A stretch of DNA of 64,000 nt from contig NZ_SUGA01000032.1 in NCBI RefSeq assembly GCF_004963255.1, forward strand, positions 286-64,285, read 5' to 3'. A model generated the notes under the pieces. That model was not told the origin of the DNA, did not search any database, and saw only the letters and a list, made by a program, of their open reading frames with translations. The position numbers were made by a program, and so were the translations under genes. Origin of the DNA: Mesorhizobium sp. Its GTDB lineage: Bacteria > Pseudomonadota > Alphaproteobacteria > Rhizobiales > Rhizobiaceae. This document shows positions 54,395-64,000 of this stretch, piece by piece (positions within the stretch are counted from its first letter, which is position 1; every line of letters starts with the position of its first letter).

Positions 54395-56512
54395 TTATTT
54401 TCGACCCAGCCTGGCATGCGGCCGTTCCTGCGACATCGAGCCGCCGGCGGCTCTAACCACGATCGCCGCCAGCGGTTCGGGCCGGTGCAGGAAATAACCC
54501 TGGCCATAGGCGACGCCCATGCCCATGAGGATCTCCAGCGCGTTTTTCTCCTCGACCTTTTCGGCCACCACGGCGGCGCCCATCGAGCGGGCGATGCCGG
54601 CGATCGCCGAAACGATCTCGCGGTCGAAGCGGCTTTCGGCGATGTGCTCGACGAAGGAACCGTCGATCTTGATGGCGTCGATGGGGAAGCGCCTGAGATA
54701 CTCGAACGAGCTCATGCCGGCGCCGAAATCGTCGAGGCTGACGCGACAGTGGCGGAGCCTCGCCTTGCGCACGAACTCGGCCGCCGCGTCGAAATTGGTT
54801 ACGGCGGCGGTTTCGGTGATCTCGAAGCCGACGGCCGACGGCGGCGCGCCGCTCTCGGCAATGGCCTCGTCGACGAAGTCCCATAGATGCGGATCGGAAA
54901 GCGTCTGCGCCGACAGGTTGAAGTCGAGCGCGATGGCGCCCGCGCGCATCGCCTCGCCGTGGCGCGTCAGCGCGGTGCGGATGATCCAGCGGTCGAGCCG
55001 CGCGGCAAGGCCGAAACGTTCGGCGACCGGCATGAAATCGCCGGGCGGGATCATCGTGCCGGTGCGGGCCTCGAGCCTGGCCAGCACCTCGACGTGGCGG
55101 CTGTCCTCCCACGGCAGGCCGAGCCGATGGATCTCCTGGCCGAACAGCTTCAACCGGCCATCCTCCATCGCGTCGACAAGGTCGGCGGCCAGCCGCGCGG
55201 CGTTGAGCCCGCCGGCGCCGGACGTCGTGTCGGGCGAGAACACGGCGAAACGGTCGCGGCCGCCGGCCTTGGCGGCGTAGCAGGCATCGTCGGCGCAGGC
55301 GAGCGCATCGGCCACGCTCATGCTGCGGTCGCGCACGAAGGCGATGCCGATGCTGGCAGCAAGCCTGCGCGAGGTGACCGCCGAGCCGAGATCGGCATCG
55401 CGCACCGCAGCGAGCACGCCGCGGGCGATGCGCTCGGCGCAAGCGTCATTGCAGTTCGGCACCATCAGCGCGAATTCATCGCCGCCGAGGCGCGCTGCAC
55501 GCGCCGACGCGGGCAGGCTGGCGAGGATGCCCGCCGCGACGCTCTTCAGCGCCAGGTCGCCGGCGGCATGACCGGCATAGTCGTTGAGCGCCTTGAAGTA
55601 GTCGAGGTCGACGTAAAACACCGCCAGCGGCAGGCGCTCGACCATGGCGATGTTCTCAGCGAGCAGCCGGTCGAAGGCGGAACGGTTGAGAAGGCCGGTC
55701 AGGGCATCGTGACCCGCGGCGAAGGCGAGTTCCTCGGCGCGCATCTTCTCCTCGGTGATGTCGCGCACGGTGCCCAAGATCTGCCCGGCCGAGCCGACGC
55801 CGGCAACGAAACGCACCAGCGACTCGACGTGGCGGATCTGGCCGTCACGCAGGACGATGCGGTATTGCGAGGCGACGACGCTGTTCGAGCCGGGCTCGAT
55901 CTGGTGGGCTCGCTCGGTGGCGTCCTTGTCGTCGGGATGAAGATAGGTGTGCCACAGGTCTGCCATCACCTCATCCGTGTCGGCAACCAGGCCGAATATC
56001 TCGCGGGTGCGGGCGTCCCAGTAGCTTTTCCGGGTGCCGATATCGTGATGCCATATGCCGGTGCCGCTGGCGGCAAGCGCGAGGCGGAAGCGGACGTTGA
56101 CCTGCTCGAGCGCCGCCTCGGCTTCTTTCTGGCGGGTGATGTCGGTCTGCACGCCCATCAGCCGAAGCGGCTTGCCGTCGGCGTCGCGCTGGACAATGCC
56201 GCCACGGTCGAGAACCCACACCCAGTGGCCGTCCTTGTGGCGCAGGCGAAGCTCGGTCTCGATGGAATCGACAAGGCCCGCAATATGCCGGTCGCCACTT
56301 TCCTGCGCGCGCTGGCGGTCGTCGGGATGGGTAAGCTTCAGCCAGAGATCGGACGTGTTGGCGAGCTCGTCCGGCTCATAGCCCAGCATCTTCGACCAGG
56401 TCGGCGAATAGTAGCAATCGCCGGTCGACAGATTCCAGTCCCAAAGGCCCAGATAAGCGCGATCAAGCGCCTGCGCCCAGAACTTGCCGTTGCGTTTGTT
56501 GTCGTCCGCCAT
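54395..56512 (-). CDS. PAS-PAS-GGDEF-EAL c-di-GMP enzyme
   Basis: Two PAS_3-like domains, RLGGDEF, EVLARL and SLDDFGAG. Confidence 0.9.
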   Translation of the reverse strand: MADDNKRNGKFWAQALDRAYLGLWDWNLSTGDCYYSPTWSKMLGYEPDELANTSDLWLKLTHPDDRQRAQESGDRHIAGLVDSIETELRLRHKDGHWVWVLDRGGIVQRDADGKPLRLMGVQTDITRQKEAEAALEQVNVRFRLALAASGTGIWHHDIGTRKSYWDARTREIFGLVADTDEVMADLWHTYLHPDDKDATERAHQIEPGSNSVVASQYRIVLRDGQIRHVESLVRFVAGVGSAGQILGTVRDITEEKMRAEELAFAAGHDALTGLLNRSAFDRLLAENIAMVERLPLAVFYVDLDYFKALNDYAGHAAGDLALKSVAAGILASLPASARAARLGGDEFALMVPNCNDACAERIARGVLAAVRDADLGSAVTSRRLAASIGIAFVRDRSMSVADALACADDACYAAKAGGRDRFAVFSPDTTSGAGGLNAARLAADLVDAMEDGRLKLFGQEIHRLGLPWEDSRHVEVLARLEARTGTMIPPGDFMPVAERFGLAARLDRWIIRTALTRHGEAMRAGAIALDFNLSAQTLSDPHLWDFVDEAIAESGAPPSAVGFEITETAAVTNFDAAAEFVRKARLRHCRVSLDDFGAGMSSFEYLRRFPIDAIKIDGSFVEHIAESRFDREIVSAIAGIARSMGAAVVAEKVEEKNALEILMGMGVAYGQGYFLHRPEPLAAIVVRAAGGSMSQERPHARLGRK

Positions 56513-56568
56513 ACTTTGTTCGTGCCACCCGGTTCTGGCAGTATTGCAGGAAAGCAAAGAAGAAAGAG

Positions 56569-56760
56569 TTACCGGGATGTGTCGTTGCCAACGGCATCGG
56601 CCAATACCGTCCTGGCCGCCGCAAGCGCCTTGTCGACAAGCGCCGCGTCGTTGATCAAGGGCATGAACTCGCGCGTGTAAACCACTTTGACCGCGACGTT
56701 ATATGCCCGCGCAGTGCCTTCGGCGATGCGGCGCATCTCTTTCTCGATCGCGGCCCTCCG
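56569..56760 (-). pseudogene. Internal fragment of an M20 amidohydrolase
   Basis: IEKEMRRIAEGTARAYNVAVKVVYTREFMPLINDAALV, with no N- or C-terminus; directly after dpaL. Confidence 0.55.
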
Positions 56761-56788
56761 CCCCGAGGTGAGCGAACCGGAACTGCTC

Positions 56789-57985
56789 TCAGGCAGTCTG
56801 CAGGAAGACCTCTTCGGGCGCCATCCCAACCAGCTCGGCAAAACGGCCATGGTCGGTCGCGCCCTCCGAGTTGATGACCAGCGCGCGCGAACGCCTGTCG
56901 AGGCCGAGCGCCGCGCGCATGCGCCTGTCGCCCGCGGCGCGGACCAGCCCGGCGAGGCCTGCTCCGCCGCTCTCGCCGGAGATAATGGCAGGGTCGTTGC
57001 CGAGCGGTCGCGCCAGCCGCTTCATCACGGCGACCGCATCCTCCTCGTCCACCGTCATGAAGGCATCGCCGACGCGCGCCAGCACGCGCCAGGCTACCAG
57101 GGACGGCTCGGCGCATTCGAGCATCGTCATGACCGTCGGCTCCTGGTTGGCGATCGTTGCCGGACGGCCGGCCTCAGCCGAAGCGTAGACGCAGGCCGAG
57201 CGCTTCGGCTCCACCACAACGGCCTTCGGCCGCCTGGAGCCGAGCATGACCGCCATATGGCCGGCGATCGCAGCCGCGAAGCCGCCGACGCCGGCCTGCA
57301 GGAAGACATGGGTGGGAGGTTCGGGCAGGCGCCGCAGCGTCTCGCGCACGATCACCGTATAGCCCTGCATGACCAGGCCGGGGACGCGCTCATAGCCGAG
57401 CCAGGAGGTGTTGGAGACGATCTTCCAGCCGCGCTCGGCGCCGACGCGCGCGACCTCGCGCACCGCATGGTCATAGCCGCCCTCGACCTCGACGATCTCG
57501 GCGCCTAAGCGGGCGATGGCCGCGACGCGCTCGCGGCTTACGCCGGCATGTACGAAAATCACCGAACGCGCGCCGACAAGGCTGGCGCCCTGGGCGACCG
57601 AGCGGCCATGGTTGCCGTCGGTGGCGCAGACGAAGATCATGCCGGACGCGATCTGGCGCACTCTGGTGTCGTTTATCTCGCCGATATCGACGTCGCGACC
57701 GAGCCACTTGCCGGCCTCCTCGAGCACCAGCCGCATGACGGCATAGGCGCCGCCCAGCGCCTTGAAGGAGCCAAGGCCAAGACGCTGGCCCTCATCCTTG
57801 ACATGAAGCGCGGCGATGCCGAGCTCGCCGGCCAGCGCCGGCAAGGCGCGCAGCGGGGTCTCGGCACGGTCATCGCGCGCCTTGAGGTAGCGCTCGGCCC
57901 GCTCGCCTCCCGCCATGCCGAGCGACTCGGCATCGGCGGTAACCAACGGCTGGTTGTGTTCTGGGCGTTGGTTGAGAAGCAGCAT
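56789..57985 (-). CDS. dpaL: Diaminopropionate ammonia-lyase
   Basis: KDEGQRLGLGSFKALGG, ATDGNHG, QAGVGGFA and GESGGAG motifs. Confidence 0.9.
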   Translation of the reverse strand: MLLLNQRPEHNQPLVTADAESLGMAGGERAERYLKARDDRAETPLRALPALAGELGIAALHVKDEGQRLGLGSFKALGGAYAVMRLVLEEAGKWLGRDVDIGEINDTRVRQIASGMIFVCATDGNHGRSVAQGASLVGARSVIFVHAGVSRERVAAIARLGAEIVEVEGGYDHAVREVARVGAERGWKIVSNTSWLGYERVPGLVMQGYTVIVRETLRRLPEPPTHVFLQAGVGGFAAAIAGHMAVMLGSRRPKAVVVEPKRSACVYASAEAGRPATIANQEPTVMTMLECAEPSLVAWRVLARVGDAFMTVDEEDAVAVMKRLARPLGNDPAIISGESGGAGLAGLVRAAGDRRMRAALGLDRRSRALVINSEGATDHGRFAELVGMAPEEVFLQTA

Positions 57986-58204
57986 GCTAGTCTTCCTGCG
58001 AGGCACTGAATTCTGTCGGCGGGCGCGATTCTGGACGCTTTCATTGGCTAAGTGATTGAAGTTTGTTTCGATTGGATGTCGCCGGATGTTCGTTTCGGAA
58101 GGCTCGACACCGCCGACTTGACTATTTTTGGGGGTATTTCGCTTCGGTTGCAGGGTGCGGGCGTGGAGGTGCCGGTGGGGTAAGCGGAGCCGAAAGCCGA
58201 CAAT

Positions 58205-58912
58205 TCACCACGGCAACCGCTTGCCATCGCGAAAGAAGCCGCCGGTCGGGCCGTCGTCGGGCAAGGTCGCGGCCCAGACGATGCCGGCAGCGCCTTGCGC
58301 CACCGGGCGTCCGCCCGGTCCGCCCATGTCGGTGGCGACCCAGCCTGGGCAGATCGCATTGACGAGCACGCCCGCGCCACGCAGCTCGGCCGCCAGGATG
58401 CGGGTCAGCGCGTTGAGCGTCGCCTTGCTGGTGGAATAGGCCGGCGCGCCGGCGCCCATCGAAGCAAGCGAGCCGCCTTCCGATGAAACGTTGACCAGCC
58501 GGCCATGGCCGGAAACGCTGAGCAGCGGCGCAAAGGCGGCGGCGACGCGCCAGGCGCCGAAGACATTGGTCTCGAAGGCCTCGCGGATCACTGTCCAGTC
58601 TGGCTGGAGCGCCCGCCCCGACGGGTCGTAATGGATCGCGGCGTTGTTGACCAGAACGTCGAGCCGGCCAAAGCGGCGCTCGACCTCTGCCGCGGCGTGC
58701 GCGGCGGCATCATGGGCGGCGACATCGAGCGCGATGGCCTCGACCTTGCCGCCGAGCTTCCTGGCCGCCGCCTCGCCCTTGGCGACGTCACGCACGCCGA
58801 TGAGCACGGTGAAGCCGAGTTCCGCGAGCTGGCGGGCCGTTTCCAGGCCGATGCCACGGTTGCCGCCGGTGACCAGTGCCAGCTTGCCGGAGTGATTTGT
58901 GCCGCCGGTCAT
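58205..58912 (-). CDS. SDR oxidoreductase (carbonyl reductase-like)
   Basis: TGGNRGIG, YSTSK and ICPGWVATDMGG. Confidence 0.9.
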   Translation of the reverse strand: MTGGTNHSGKLALVTGGNRGIGLETARQLAELGFTVLIGVRDVAKGEAAARKLGGKVEAIALDVAAHDAAAHAAAEVERRFGRLDVLVNNAAIHYDPSGRALQPDWTVIREAFETNVFGAWRVAAAFAPLLSVSGHGRLVNVSSEGGSLASMGAGAPAYSTSKATLNALTRILAAELRGAGVLVNAICPGWVATDMGGPGGRPVAQGAAGIVWAATLPDDGPTGGFFRDGKRLPW

Positions 58913-59270
58913 TGCTCCAGCTCCCTTGGTTCCTTGCACCGCCTGCAACATCGCATCGAGCGGGCGGTTTGATTAGGGCGAAAAGTTCGCAATCATCATG
59001 CGACGCGGCTCAAGAGTGGCGCCGAACCAGTCGGATACGGCACCGCGGCAGCGTGAATCGCACAGGCAAGCGCTGCTTTGCCCGGCCGCCTTGCGGCCAC
59101 CTCCCTCGCCCGCATGGAGGCAAGTGCCTCGCCGGACACAAACCAGAAACAAGATTCAATAATCCGGAAAAACTCGCGAAAAAACCCGCTGTCATAAACG
59201 GCATCGCAGCAGCCGAACGATTGCGGCGCGCGACAAGAGACATCGATCGAAACCCAAGGAGTTGCCGATT

Positions 59271-59612
59271 ATGAAAAAGACCCTTCTTTCCGCACTCGGC
59301 CTTGCCGTCGCGCTCGCTTTCGCGGTGCCGGCGCTGGGCACCACCGAAGCCAACGCCGCCGCGACGACCACCGCCACCACGACGACCACGACCACTGCTC
59401 CGGCCGCCACCACCGAAGCTGCGAAGCCGGCAGCGACCGCCGCCAAGCCGGCCAGCAACGGCCCGCACAAGAAGCGTCACCGCATGCATCACCACGCCCG
59501 TAAGCATCATCACGTGAAGAAGCACGCGAAGCATCATGCCAAGAAGCATCACGTGAAGAAGCACCACGTGCGCAAGCACCATGCGAAGAAGCCTGTTGCG
59601 AAGAAGGCGTAA
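59271..59612 (+). CDS. Secreted Thr/Ala-rich protein with His/Lys-rich tail
   Basis: AAGGAG RBS, signal peptide, poly-Thr, KKHH(V/A) repeats. Confidence 0.8.
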   Translation: MKKTLLSALGLAVALAFAVPALGTTEANAAATTTATTTTTTTAPAATTEAAKPAATAAKPASNGPHKKRHRMHHHARKHHHVKKHAKHHAKKHHVKKHHVRKHHAKKPVAKKA

Positions 59613-59686
59613 GGCCAGAGACGTTTCGAACTTCAGAGCCGGATGATCCCGGACCGCTTCCAAAGGGTTCAGGATCATCGCTTCCC

Positions 59687-59722
59687 GAAAACGCCGCCCT
59701 CCCTTCCGGGCGGCGTTTTTGG
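59687..59722. terminator. Bidirectional intrinsic terminator
   Basis: aaaacgccgccc / gggcggcgtttt stem between convergent genes. Confidence 0.75.
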
Positions 59723-60322
59723 TTATTTCTTCTTCTGCGGATGGATCGTCTCGCCGCGCGCCAGCATCGCCACCAGATCGGCGATCTTCTTCTTGCGCCC
59801 CGCCTCCGTCTTCATGTTGCGGGTGCGGAAGGCGAGCGCGAAGCGGTTCTGCGCCGAGAGCTTCTCCAGCATCGCTTTCGCCTTCGGCTCGGCATCGATC
59901 GCGCCCTGCAGGTCGGGCGGAAGGGTCATCTCCTTCGAGCCGGCATAGGCACGGTCCCAGCGGCCGTCGGCCTTGGCAGCCTCGACCTCGCGCAGGCCGT
60001 GCTCGGTCATGCGGCCCTCCGCGACCAGGCGCGCGACATTGTCGATGTTGATCTTGCTCCAGATGCTCTTTTTACCGCGCGGCGTGTAGCGCTGCAGGAA
60101 GCTCTTGTCGTCGAGCGACTTGCGTACCGCGTCGATCCAGCCGAAGCAGAGCACAACGTCGACCGCCTCCTTCGGCGTGATCGATGGGAGCCCCGAGCCG
60201 ACCTTGTGGATCTTGATCCAGACCTCGCTTTCGGAGGCGTGATTGTCGGCCAGCCAGGCGTGGAAGCTTTGCGCATCGGGGAATTCCCGGACCTTGTCCG
60301 GATCGACCTTGATCGGGGCCAT
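59723..60322 (-). CDS. YdeI/OmpD-associated family protein
   Basis: AVDVVLCFGWID, RYTPRGKKSIWSKIN and LSAQNRFAL motifs; AAGGAGG RBS. Confidence 0.85.
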   Translation of the reverse strand: MAPIKVDPDKVREFPDAQSFHAWLADNHASESEVWIKIHKVGSGLPSITPKEAVDVVLCFGWIDAVRKSLDDKSFLQRYTPRGKKSIWSKINIDNVARLVAEGRMTEHGLREVEAAKADGRWDRAYAGSKEMTLPPDLQGAIDAEPKAKAMLEKLSAQNRFALAFRTRNMKTEAGRKKKIADLVAMLARGETIHPQKKK

Positions 60323-60479
60323 TGTTGTTCCTCCTTGCGCGGCGCCGGAACTGCTGATCTCCCCGCTCGTGGGGGAGATTGGCTGTACCATCATCGGGCC
60401 TTCCGATACCACTATCGGTTTCTTCCGTTTCCGCTTCGCGGGTTGGCCTGCCACATGACCGTCCATGCAAAGGAAAGGC

Positions 60480-61202
60480 ATGGACATGGAGAAGATCCTG
60501 ATCGTCGGCGGCAGTTCGGGCATGGGGCTGGCGCTTGCCAGGCGCTGTCTCGAGGAAGGCGCGCACGTCATCGTCGCCGGGCGTGGCGAAGCGAGGCTGA
60601 ACGCGGCGCGGGATGGGCTCGGCCGGCCGGGAGCGTTCGAAACGGCGGTGGTCGACATCAGCCGCGAGGATGAGGTCGCGGCGCTGTTCGAGCGCATCGG
60701 GCGGCTCGATCATATCGTCAGCACCGCGGCCGCGATCGAGGGCGCCTACCGGCTGTTGCCGGAGATCGAACTTTCAGCCGCGCAACGCGTGGTGGAGAGC
60801 AAGTTCTACGGCCCGCTGCTGCTTGCCAAGCACGGCGCGCCCACGCTGCCGCCGACCGGCTCGCTCACCTTCGTCTCCGGTATCGCGGCCTACCGGCCGG
60901 CGGCGCGCGGCTCGGTGGTCGCCGCCGTCAACGCGGCGCTGGAGGGGCTGGTGCGGGCCTTGGCGGTCGAGCTGGCGCCGATCCGCGTCAACGCCGTCTC
61001 ACCGGGCTGGGTCGACACGCCGATCTGGGAGTTCGTCGTCGGCGAGAAGAAGGACGAGACGCTGGCCGCGATGGCGAAGCGTCTGCCGGCCGGACGCGTC
61101 GGACGGCCTGAGGACATCGCCGATGCAATCCGCTTCCTGATCGGCAACGGTTTCACGACGGGAGAGACGCTGCATGTCGAGGGCGGGCACCGGCTGGTGT
61201 GA
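60480..61202 (+). CDS. SDR oxidoreductase
   Basis: VGGSSGMG, RVNAVSPG and TGETLHVEGG. Confidence 0.9.
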   Translation: MDMEKILIVGGSSGMGLALARRCLEEGAHVIVAGRGEARLNAARDGLGRPGAFETAVVDISREDEVAALFERIGRLDHIVSTAAAIEGAYRLLPEIELSAAQRVVESKFYGPLLLAKHGAPTLPPTGSLTFVSGIAAYRPAARGSVVAAVNAALEGLVRALAVELAPIRVNAVSPGWVDTPIWEFVVGEKKDETLAAMAKRLPAGRVGRPEDIADAIRFLIGNGFTTGETLHVEGGHRLV

Positions 61203-61226
61203 CCGGCGCAAAGCCGCCTGCAGCGG

Positions 61227-62159
61227 CTATTTGTTTTTCCGCAATTCCGGACGGAAAACCGTTGCACACTTTTCCTGGAATTGCTCGAGCAGCGCCTTCA
61301 GCGCCGGCGGCTGGACGCGGCGACGGCGCCAGACCATCACGATGTCGGCCGAGCGGACGGGGCCGGGCCAGGCGAGCTCGGCGACCTTACCGCGCTCGAT
61401 TGCGGCGGCGACCGCCAGCCGCGGCACGAGGCCAAAGCCGGCGCCGGCCGCCACCAGTCCGGCGATGGCGTCGATGCTGCCGGCTTCGGCGGCCAGCCTT
61501 GGCTTGCCAACTCCCGCTTCGCCGAACGCCTTGTCGACCATGGCGCGGTAGACGCAGCCGGTCTCGGTGGCGACGAAATGCTTCTCGGCCAGCGTCGCCA
61601 GATCGACATCCACATGGTTGTCGCCGGGCGGGGCGATCAGCGCCAGCGGCTCGACCGCCACGACACGCCTGGCAAGACGCTGGTCCGGCGCTTCGGTATC
61701 AAGCTCGGCGGGCCGTTCGAAGCAGAAGGCGACGTCGATCTCGCCATCGCTGAGCCTGCGCAGCAACTCGCCGCTGCCGGCGATCCGAAGCTTGATGTCG
61801 ATGCCGGCATGGGCGGCACGGAAACCGGCGAGCCATGGAGCCAGCCTTGCCGAGGCGATCGTCTCCAGGGCGCCGATCGACAGGCTGCCCACCGTCCCTG
61901 CCCCGGTGGCATCGACGGCGGCGCGCGCGTCATCGGAAAGCGCCAGCAGGTCGTCGGCATAGGGTTTCAGCGCCTCGCCCGCCGGCGTCAGAGTGAGCCC
62001 CTGCCGCGAGCGGGTGAACAGGCTGGCGCCAAGCTCGGTCTCCAGCGCCTGGATCTGGTCGCTGACGCTCGACTGGGCGAGATTGACCTCCTGCGCCGCG
62101 CGCGTGACGTTGCCGGTGCGCGCGACCGCGAGAAAGGTCTTCAGCAGCCTTGGATGCAT
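61227..62159 (-). CDS. LysR family regulator
   Basis: FLAVARTGNVTRAAQEVNLAQSSVSDQIQALE HTH. Confidence 0.9.
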   Translation of the reverse strand: MHPRLLKTFLAVARTGNVTRAAQEVNLAQSSVSDQIQALETELGASLFTRSRQGLTLTPAGEALKPYADDLLALSDDARAAVDATGAGTVGSLSIGALETIASARLAPWLAGFRAAHAGIDIKLRIAGSGELLRRLSDGEIDVAFCFERPAELDTEAPDQRLARRVVAVEPLALIAPPGDNHVDVDLATLAEKHFVATETGCVYRAMVDKAFGEAGVGKPRLAAEAGSIDAIAGLVAAGAGFGLVPRLAVAAAIERGKVAELAWPGPVRSADIVMVWRRRRVQPPALKALLEQFQEKCATVFRPELRKNK

Positions 62160-62165
62160 CCGGCG

Positions 62166-63068
62166 CTACTGCAATTGCGGCTTCTTCAGGAAGGAATTGC
62201 GGTCGGCTGATTTCACGCGCAGCCAGGTCTCGCGGCCGTCACGTACGACGCGCAGCGGGATTTCCGAGCCGGCCGGGTTCTGCCAGAGTTTCCTGTAGAA
62301 ATCGGCCAGACCGTCCACCTCACCGTCGCGCACGTCGGAGATGATGTCGCCCTGGCGCAGTCCGGCCTTTGCCGCCGGACCGCCTTCGGCGACGCTCATC
62401 ACCACCACCATGCCGTTCGACTCGGCCGAGAAGGCGCCGAGCCACGGACGCGGCGCCTTCGCCGCCTGGCCGCGCTTGATGAGATCATCGAGGATCGGCG
62501 TCAGAAGATCGATGGGCACCACCATGTTGATGTCGGCCACCTCGCCGGCGCGGCTCATCTGCAGCCGCAGCGAGCCGATGCCGAGCAGCTTGCCCTCGCG
62601 GTCGAACAGCGCGGCCCCACCCCAGGACGGATGCGCGGGGGCGATGAAGATCGCCTCGTCGATCAGATATTCCCAATAGCCGGCGAATTCCTGCTTGGTG
62701 ACGATGTGGGCGTCGACCTGCTGGCCGATGCCGTCGGCAAGCGTCACCGCGTCGCCGATATTGGCCTTCCTGGCATCGCCGAACTGGACAGCCGGAAGGT
62801 TGAGCGGCGACAGCGCCTGCACGAGGCCGAAGCCGGTCTCCTGGTCGTAGGCCAGCGCATGCGCGGCGACCACGCGGCCATCCTGGTCGGTCAGCCACAC
62901 TTCCTCGGCCTCGGTGATGAGGTAGCCTATGGTCAGCACAAGGCCGTTGTCGCGGATCACCACGCCGCTGCCCTCGCGGCGCGTGCCCAGCGCATTGGCG
63001 GTGAAAGCGTCGTCCGGAACCGTGGCGCGCACGGCAACGACGGAGCGCGAAATTTTCTCGACGGTCAT
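62166..63068 (-). CDS. S1C serine protease with PDZ domain
   Basis: GSGVVI, LTIGYLI, SWGGAAL and a PDZ domain (GPAAKAGLRQGDII). Confidence 0.85.
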   Translation of the reverse strand: MTVEKISRSVVAVRATVPDDAFTANALGTRREGSGVVIRDNGLVLTIGYLITEAEEVWLTDQDGRVVAAHALAYDQETGFGLVQALSPLNLPAVQFGDARKANIGDAVTLADGIGQQVDAHIVTKQEFAGYWEYLIDEAIFIAPAHPSWGGAALFDREGKLLGIGSLRLQMSRAGEVADINMVVPIDLLTPILDDLIKRGQAAKAPRPWLGAFSAESNGMVVVMSVAEGGPAAKAGLRQGDIISDVRDGEVDGLADFYRKLWQNPAGSEIPLRVVRDGRETWLRVKSADRNSFLKKPQLQ

Positions 63069-63290
63069 CGATCCATCCTGCGTTGCGGGTTTTGTTCTAT
63101 AAGTATGGCCGAAGGAGCGCCGCGCAAGGGTGGATTTTCCCGTTGCGGGGCTGGCACAAGCGCTAGTTCAACGAAGGTTGAACTTTTTTCTTTGACGCGC
63201 GCGCAACCGCACCTAAGTCTATCGGCATCGTGGCAGATTTCCCGCCCTTCACGAAACGCTCCGCCCCGCGCGAAACACAAGGCCTCTGAC

Positions 63291-64000
63291 ATGGACCAAT
63301 ATATCCCGCCGAAAGTCTGGACCTGGAACAAGCCCAATGGCGGCCAGTTCGCTTCGATCAACCGGCCGATCGCCGGCCCGACGCATGAGAAGGAGCTGCC
63401 GGTCGGCAAGCACCCGCTGCAGCTCTATTCGCTGGCCACGCCCAACGGCCAGAAGGTGACCATCATGCTGGAGGAGCTTCTGGCGCTTGGCCACACGGGC
63501 GCGGAATACGATGCCTGGCTGATCAAGATCGGCGACGGCGACCAGTTCGGCAGCGGCTTCGTCCAGGTCAATCCGAACTCGAAGATCCCGGCGCTCATGG
63601 ATCACAGCGAGCCGAAACCGGTGCGCGTGTTCGAGTCCGGCTCGATCCTCACCTATCTCGCGGAAAAATTCGGCGCGTTCCTGCCCACCGAGCGCGCGGC
63701 GCGCGCGGAAACCTTCTCGTGGCTGTTCTGGCAGATGGGTTCCGCGCCCTATCTCGGCGGCGGCTTCGGCCATTTCTATGCCTATGCGCCGCAAAAGATC
63801 GAATATGCCATCGACCGCTTCGCCATGGAGACGAAGCGGCAGATGGACGTGCTCGACCGCCGGCTGGCGGAGAGCGAATATCTCGCGGGCCCCGATTACA
63901 CGATCGCCGACATGGCGGTGTGGCCCTGGTATGGCGGGCTCGCCAAGGGCCGCAGCTACAACGATGCCGCGCAGTTCCTGTCGGTGCATGAATACAAGAA
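63291..64000 (+). CDS. yghU: Glutathione-dependent disulfide oxidoreductase YghU (GST family), 3' end outside window
   Basis: MDQYIPPKVWTW...FASINRPIAG...LYSLATPNGQKV...NPNSKIPAL; absent from the ORF track because it is open-ended. Confidence 0.9.
   Translation, partial: MDQYIPPKVWTWNKPNGGQFASINRPIAGPTHEKELPVGKHPLQLYSLATPNGQKVTIMLEELLALGHTGAEYDAWLIKIGDGDQFGSGFVQVNPNSKIPALMDHSEPKPVRVFESGSILTYLAEKFGAFLPTERAARAETFSWLFWQMGSAPYLGGGFGHFYAYAPQKIEYAIDRFAMETKRQMDVLDRRLAESEYLAGPDYTIADMAVWPWYGGLAKGRSYNDAAQFLSVHEYK

Noticed and set aside
1-64000. CRISPR array, rRNA, tRNA, IS transposase
   Set aside because: No regularly spaced repeat-spacer array, RNA gene or transposase motif was seen.

Overview
GC-rich alphaproteobacterial chromosome segment, probably Mesorhizobium (inferred from gene content and palindromic intergenic repeats). 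It has three parts. (1) About 1-25.7 kb is a mostly minus-strand locus with podophage-type DNA-packaging genes: TerS-like, a TerL split in two, a GNAT-like virion protein, a head-to-tail connector portal and a Bbp19-like gene. No capsid, scaffold, tail or integrase gene is recognisable here. The locus is interleaved with a polymorphic toxin/immunity array: shared carrier segments (here called D1 and D2) end in different tips (HNH-like nuclease, phospholipase A2-like, Tae/NlpC-P60 amidase), followed by many candidate immunity genes, duplications, frameshifts and chimeras. A HipA-like kinase/HIRAN pair sits between two copies of the terL 3' end. (2) About 25.9-51.4 kb is a dense cluster of small general-stress genes (CsbD, YciF, KGG, HWE kinases, Crp pair, SDR, cold-shock) with many GGAAC-N16-(C)GTT EcfG-type promoter motifs, two unannotated microproteins and a 300-nt palindrome. 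(3) About 51.6-64 kb holds ordinary metabolic and regulatory genes. Family assignments come from motif recognition by eye; no database search was run.
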